From Bacteroidia bacterium (GTDB lineage: Bacteria > Bacteroidota > Bacteroidia > M30B66): a DNA stretch of 64,000 nt. The number at the start of each line of letters is the position of its first letter. The first letter of the stretch is position 1. The stretch is taken from contig OZ257142.1 in NCBI GenBank assembly GCA_965279035.1, positions 1,664,001-1,728,000 on the forward strand. The letters are read 5' to 3'. The position numbers were made by a program, and so were the translations under genes. The notes beneath the pieces were generated by a model, which searched no databases, had not been told where the DNA came from, and saw nothing but the letters and a program-made list of their open reading frames with translations. Positions 60,155-64,000 of the stretch are shown here, one piece after another.

Positions 60155-61423
60155 TTACCGTAGAATTTCAAAGCGATAGGCATCCAAACGAACAAAGATG
60201 AACGTTAAAACGGTAAAGGACCATAGTGAAGATCCTCCGTAACTAAAGAATGGCAAGGGAATACCAACAACGGGCGCCAATCCGATGGTCATTCCGATAT
60301 TAATAGCTAGGTGAATGAAGATGATACTCGCCAAGCCATATCCATAAATACGGGAAAATGTACTACGCTGTCGTTCGGCTAGATAGATGAGCCGCAGGAG
60401 TAAAACGATAAACAAACCGAGAACGAGTAAACTTCCTGCAAATCCCCATTCTTCGCCAACGGTACAAAAGATAAAGTCGGTACTTTGTTCAGGAACGTAA
60501 TTGTATTTGGTTTGCGTTCCATTCAAATAACCTTTCCCAATGATTCCGCCCGAACCAATGGCAATCATCGATTGATTTACATTGTAACCTGCACCTTTAG
60601 GATCGACTTCTTTCCCAAGTAATACATTGATCCGTTTCTTTTGGTGAGGCTCGAGGATATTGGTAAATGTATAATCGACCGAGTGCACAAAGGCCATCGC
60701 AGCAACTAACAAACCTACTCCGATAAGTAAATTCCGAATTCGAAAACGAATAAAAAAGAACGAACCTGCAGTAATAACGGCAAGAATCGTTAAGAGAATC
60801 CATTCGTCCATGAGCAATGCAGCGATAAACAAAATGACCATCGCCACACCCATAACCAAGATATTTCCGCTTAGTCCTTCGCGATAAAGCACAAGAATAA
60901 ATGAACCATACACGAGTGCTGATCCGGTTTCGTTTTGAGCAATAATGATCAATGCCGGAACAGCAAAGATGGCAGCCGATATGAGTTTCGTGCTGAGTTC
61001 TTCGAACTTGATATTGATATTACTTAGGTATTTTGCAAGCGCTAAATTGGTTGCAAACTTGGCAAATTCGGCTGGTTGAATTCGAAAGGAACCTAGTTCA
61101 ATCCAGGATTTAGAACCTTTCACTTCCTTCCCCGCAAAGATAACGGCGATGAGTAGTAAGACAAATGATCCATATAAAACCCATGCAAACTTGGGGAAGA
61201 ATTCACCATCAATTACCAAAATAACAAAGGCGATAAAGAGTGAACTCAAAATCCAAATGAGCTGCATTCCATAGCTTTGCGAAGTATCGAAAATGCTTTT
61301 GTACTCTTCGTTGTAAACGGCAGCGTAAATATTAAACCAGCCCATCACCACGAGTATCAGGTACAGCGAAACCAACATCCAATCGATGTTTTGCAAAACG
61401 GCGTCTTTGTTCCTGTTAGCCAT
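60155..61423 (-). CDS. rodA: Rod shape-determining protein RodA
   Basis: QPAEFAK, AIGSGG, PEQSTDFIF, SYGGSS. Confidence 0.96.
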   Translation of the reverse strand: MANRNKDAVLQNIDWMLVSLYLILVVMGWFNIYAAVYNEEYKSIFDTSQSYGMQLIWILSSLFIAFVILVIDGEFFPKFAWVLYGSFVLLLIAVIFAGKEVKGSKSWIELGSFRIQPAEFAKFATNLALAKYLSNINIKFEELSTKLISAAIFAVPALIIIAQNETGSALVYGSFILVLYREGLSGNILVMGVAMVILFIAALLMDEWILLTILAVITAGSFFFIRFRIRNLLIGVGLLVAAMAFVHSVDYTFTNILEPHQKKRINVLLGKEVDPKGAGYNVNQSMIAIGSGGIIGKGYLNGTQTKYNYVPEQSTDFIFCTVGEEWGFAGSLLVLGLFIVLLLRLIYLAERQRSTFSRIYGYGLASIIFIHLAINIGMTIGLAPVVGIPLPFFSYGGSSLWSFTVLTFIFVRLDAYRFEILR

Positions 61424-61425
61424 GA

Positions 61426-63258
61426 TTATTTTTTAGAAATCCAGTCTTCTTTTCGGGGAAGTAGATTGGCGTCGGTAATTCTCTTTTCCATTTCTGGGCG
61501 CTTAATTTCTCTACGAAAATATTTCTCCAGCATTAAACTCGCAATAGGAGCCGCCCACGCTGCACCAAAACCGGCATTTTCCACATAAACCGCAATGGCA
61601 ATTTTGGGATTGTCCATAGGAGCAAAGCAAATAAAAATGGAGTGGTCTTTTCCGTGTGGATTTTGAGCCGTCCCAGTTTTACCACAGATTGTAAGTGAAT
61701 CCAATTGAGCAATTCGTCCTGTACCATTTAGAATTACGTTTCGCATTCCAGCTACTACCGGATCAAAATATTGGCGCTCAACAGTAGTATAGCGACGACG
61801 TTTATACAATGTATCGATTTCACCACCTTCAACTTTTTTAATCACATGCGGTGTGTAAAACCAACCACGATTGGCTATGGTAGCGCAGTAATTCGCCATT
61901 TGCAAAGGAGTAACGCCCATTTCACCTTGACCAATAGCCAAAGAAATTACAGTGATTGCATTCCATCTTCCCGCTCCATGGTATTTATCGTAATACTTAA
62001 CGGTAGGAACATTTCCTTTCGATTCTTGTGGTAAATCAACAGGTAATTTCTGTCCGATTCCAAAACTTAACACATGGTTGCGCCAAACAGTGAAGCCTAA
62101 TTGAGTTTTAGGATATTTCTGAAGGATGTTTTTGAACGTATTGCAATAATAGGAATTGCAGGAAGTTGTGATTGAAAAAAGTAAGTTCACTGGTGATGCA
62201 TGCGGGTGACAACCAACCGTTAATCCGCCGAAATGAAATCCTCTACTACAACTAAATAAAGTTGTTCCATTGATTACGCCTTCTTGTTGACCGATTAATG
62301 CATTTACCAATTTGAAGGTCGAGCCGGGTGGATATTTCGCCATGGTTGCGCGGTTGTACAAAGGCTTGAGCGTATCGACCAGCATTTTTCGGTAATTCTT
62401 GCTTTTGACACGACCTACCAACAAATTCGGATCATAAGTAGGACTCGAAAGCATCGCCAATATTTCTCCCGAACCGGGTTCAATTGCGACGATTGCACCA
62501 ACCTTATTCATCATAAGTTTTTCTCCGTATTGCTGCAATTCGGCATCAATGGATGATGTTAAACTTCTTCCTAAAACGGAAGCAGTATCGTATTTTCCTT
62601 CTTCAAAACTTCCTTTCTCCCGGTTGTAAACATCCACCATCACAATCTTCACCCCGCGTTGTCCACGTAAGGGAATCTCGTAGCTTTTCTCAATACCACT
62701 TAATCCCATGTTATCTCCTTGACGATAATACGGATTGTCCTTGATGAGTTTTTCGTCTACTTCGCCCACATAACCTAAGGCATGAGCAGCAATGCGCATT
62801 GGATATTTACGAAGTGTTCGGGCTTGAACGAAGAATCCAGGGAATTTATACAGTTGCTCTTGCAGCGTGGCGTATGTTTCGAGCGATAATTCACTTTCGA
62901 AAATCTCTGGACGAAACGAGCTGAATTTCTTCCCTTTTAATTCGATGAGTTTTTTGGTGAATTCTTCTTTGGTAATATCAAGCAGCTTGCATAAATCTAA
63001 TGTATCAATGGTTTTTACCCGTTTGGGGATAACCATTAAATCGTAAGCTGCTTCGTTGTAAACTAGAATTTTTCCATTTCGATCGTAGATAACTCCACGT
63101 TCGGGGTATTCAATTTTATGACGCAAGGCATTGTCGTTCGCTGCCAATTTATAGCGATCGTCCACTACTTGAATATAAAACAAGCGGATTAAGAAAATCG
63201 CCACCAACGTAATGAAGATGGCGCTGATAACGTATTTGCGATCAGAGAACAGATTCAT
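61426..63258 (-). CDS. mrdA: Penicillin-binding protein 2
   Basis: GSTFK (SxxK), SCN, KTG. Confidence 0.96.
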   Translation of the reverse strand: MNLFSDRKYVISAIFITLVAIFLIRLFYIQVVDDRYKLAANDNALRHKIEYPERGVIYDRNGKILVYNEAAYDLMVIPKRVKTIDTLDLCKLLDITKEEFTKKLIELKGKKFSSFRPEIFESELSLETYATLQEQLYKFPGFFVQARTLRKYPMRIAAHALGYVGEVDEKLIKDNPYYRQGDNMGLSGIEKSYEIPLRGQRGVKIVMVDVYNREKGSFEEGKYDTASVLGRSLTSSIDAELQQYGEKLMMNKVGAIVAIEPGSGEILAMLSSPTYDPNLLVGRVKSKNYRKMLVDTLKPLYNRATMAKYPPGSTFKLVNALIGQQEGVINGTTLFSCSRGFHFGGLTVGCHPHASPVNLLFSITTSCNSYYCNTFKNILQKYPKTQLGFTVWRNHVLSFGIGQKLPVDLPQESKGNVPTVKYYDKYHGAGRWNAITVISLAIGQGEMGVTPLQMANYCATIANRGWFYTPHVIKKVEGGEIDTLYKRRRYTTVERQYFDPVVAGMRNVILNGTGRIAQLDSLTICGKTGTAQNPHGKDHSIFICFAPMDNPKIAIAVYVENAGFGAAWAAPIASLMLEKYFRREIKRPEMEKRITDANLLPRKEDWISKK

Positions 63259-63788
63259 TTGGCAACTACCCGATTACGCTGAGTGAGAAACTGACTAAGA
63301 ACCGCAAGGAGGAGTGTGCTTATACTGCACGTGATAACACGCAGCAAGAGTTGAAAGAAATTGAGGAATGTAAACGATTCCACTAGGAACAATACAAAGT
63401 GATGAGCAAAAATCATCACTGAAGCATAAATGAGAAAAGTGCTGGTTCCCATTCCGGCAATGTTGAGTTTCAAGGTTGTTTCATAGCCTTCGCGCGGTGC
63501 GATGATATTTAAAAATCCAGGACGAAGGAAGCCTAGAACAAGGCAAGCCGATGCATGCATTCCAGCGGTTCCACTAAAAATATCAATGGTAAATCCGGTA
63601 AGGAAACAAAGAAATAAAAGGAGGATTTTGTTGATGTTGATTGGAAGCATCAATAAAAACAGAACATATAGATAGGGATTAACAAAACCATTCAATACAC
63701 CACTTATTTCGATTTGATTCAATACAAGAACCTGCACGAAAACAAGAAGAATAAAGCGAATAATTTGTACGATAATATCTCCGATCAT
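63255..63788 (-). CDS. mreD: Rod shape-determining protein MreD
   Basis: TM protein; DIFSGTAGMHASA; position upstream of mrdA. Confidence 0.9.
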   Translation of the reverse strand: MIGDIIVQIIRFILLVFVQVLVLNQIEISGVLNGFVNPYLYVLFLLMLPININKILLLFLCFLTGFTIDIFSGTAGMHASACLVLGFLRPGFLNIIAPREGYETTLKLNIAGMGTSTFLIYASVMIFAHHFVLFLVESFTFLNFFQLLLRVITCSISTLLLAVLSQFLTQRNRVVAK

Positions 63789-64000
63789 CGTGTTTCTAAT
63801 GTTTTAGCTTCCAATGTATCCAATTCCATTTTCATCAGATTGCGCACCACATAAACGTACGATAACTTCTGAAAATCGGTCGATAAACGAATTCGGATAT
63901 CCTTAAAACTCACTCCCGATTTTCCAATTTCTGAAACGATTCCAACGAGAACGTTTTGAGGATAAATTTTAGAATATGAGCTGGTCACAATCGTATCGCC
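63785..64000 (-). CDS. mreC: MreC C-terminal part, truncated by the window edge
   Basis: VTSSYS.IYP....VG, STDFQKLSYVYVV; overlaps mreD. Confidence 0.88.
   Translation of the reverse strand, partial: GDTIVTSSYSKIYPQNVLVGIVSEIGKSGVSFKDIRIRLSTDFQKLSYVYVVRNLMKMELDTLEAKTLETR

Overview
Bacteroidota chromosome window, judged from several T9SS C-terminal sorting domains, TAnnTTTG (-7) promoters and a Bacteroidota-type kdp locus. Left to right: (1) a three-gene operon for a small T9SS-CTD protein, a 1340-aa collagen/phage-tail-fibre-like protein and a LamG + fibrinogen-like protein; (2) two GTAG-type REP clusters flanking a T9SS cargo gene; (3) a sigma54-type kdp island (bEBP, kdpFABC, porin, split KdpD/histidine kinase, second porin); (4) an M43 protease, a lipocalin/Dps/SDR set, a MacAB-type ABC exporter and a CsbD/lmo0937 stress cluster; (5) core genes: ccmB, beta-CASP MBL, bshB1, a CorC/CNNM-CopA-glycan modification run, tRNA-His, tRNA-Phe, coaX-OMP-lptC, PpiD/SurA and mreCD-mrdA-rodA. 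No CRISPR, rRNA, integrase or transposase was seen. Best candidates for undescribed biology, all hypotheses from sequence reading only: the anchor-fibre-tip adhesin operon (222-6302), where only the small first protein has a T9SS signal; an unannotated Pro-Pro-Pro leader ORF in a structured 5' leader of the CorC/CNNM gene (50432-50610); and a signal-peptide-bearing DxDD class II terpene-cyclase-like protein paired with a beta-propeller (57659-60117).
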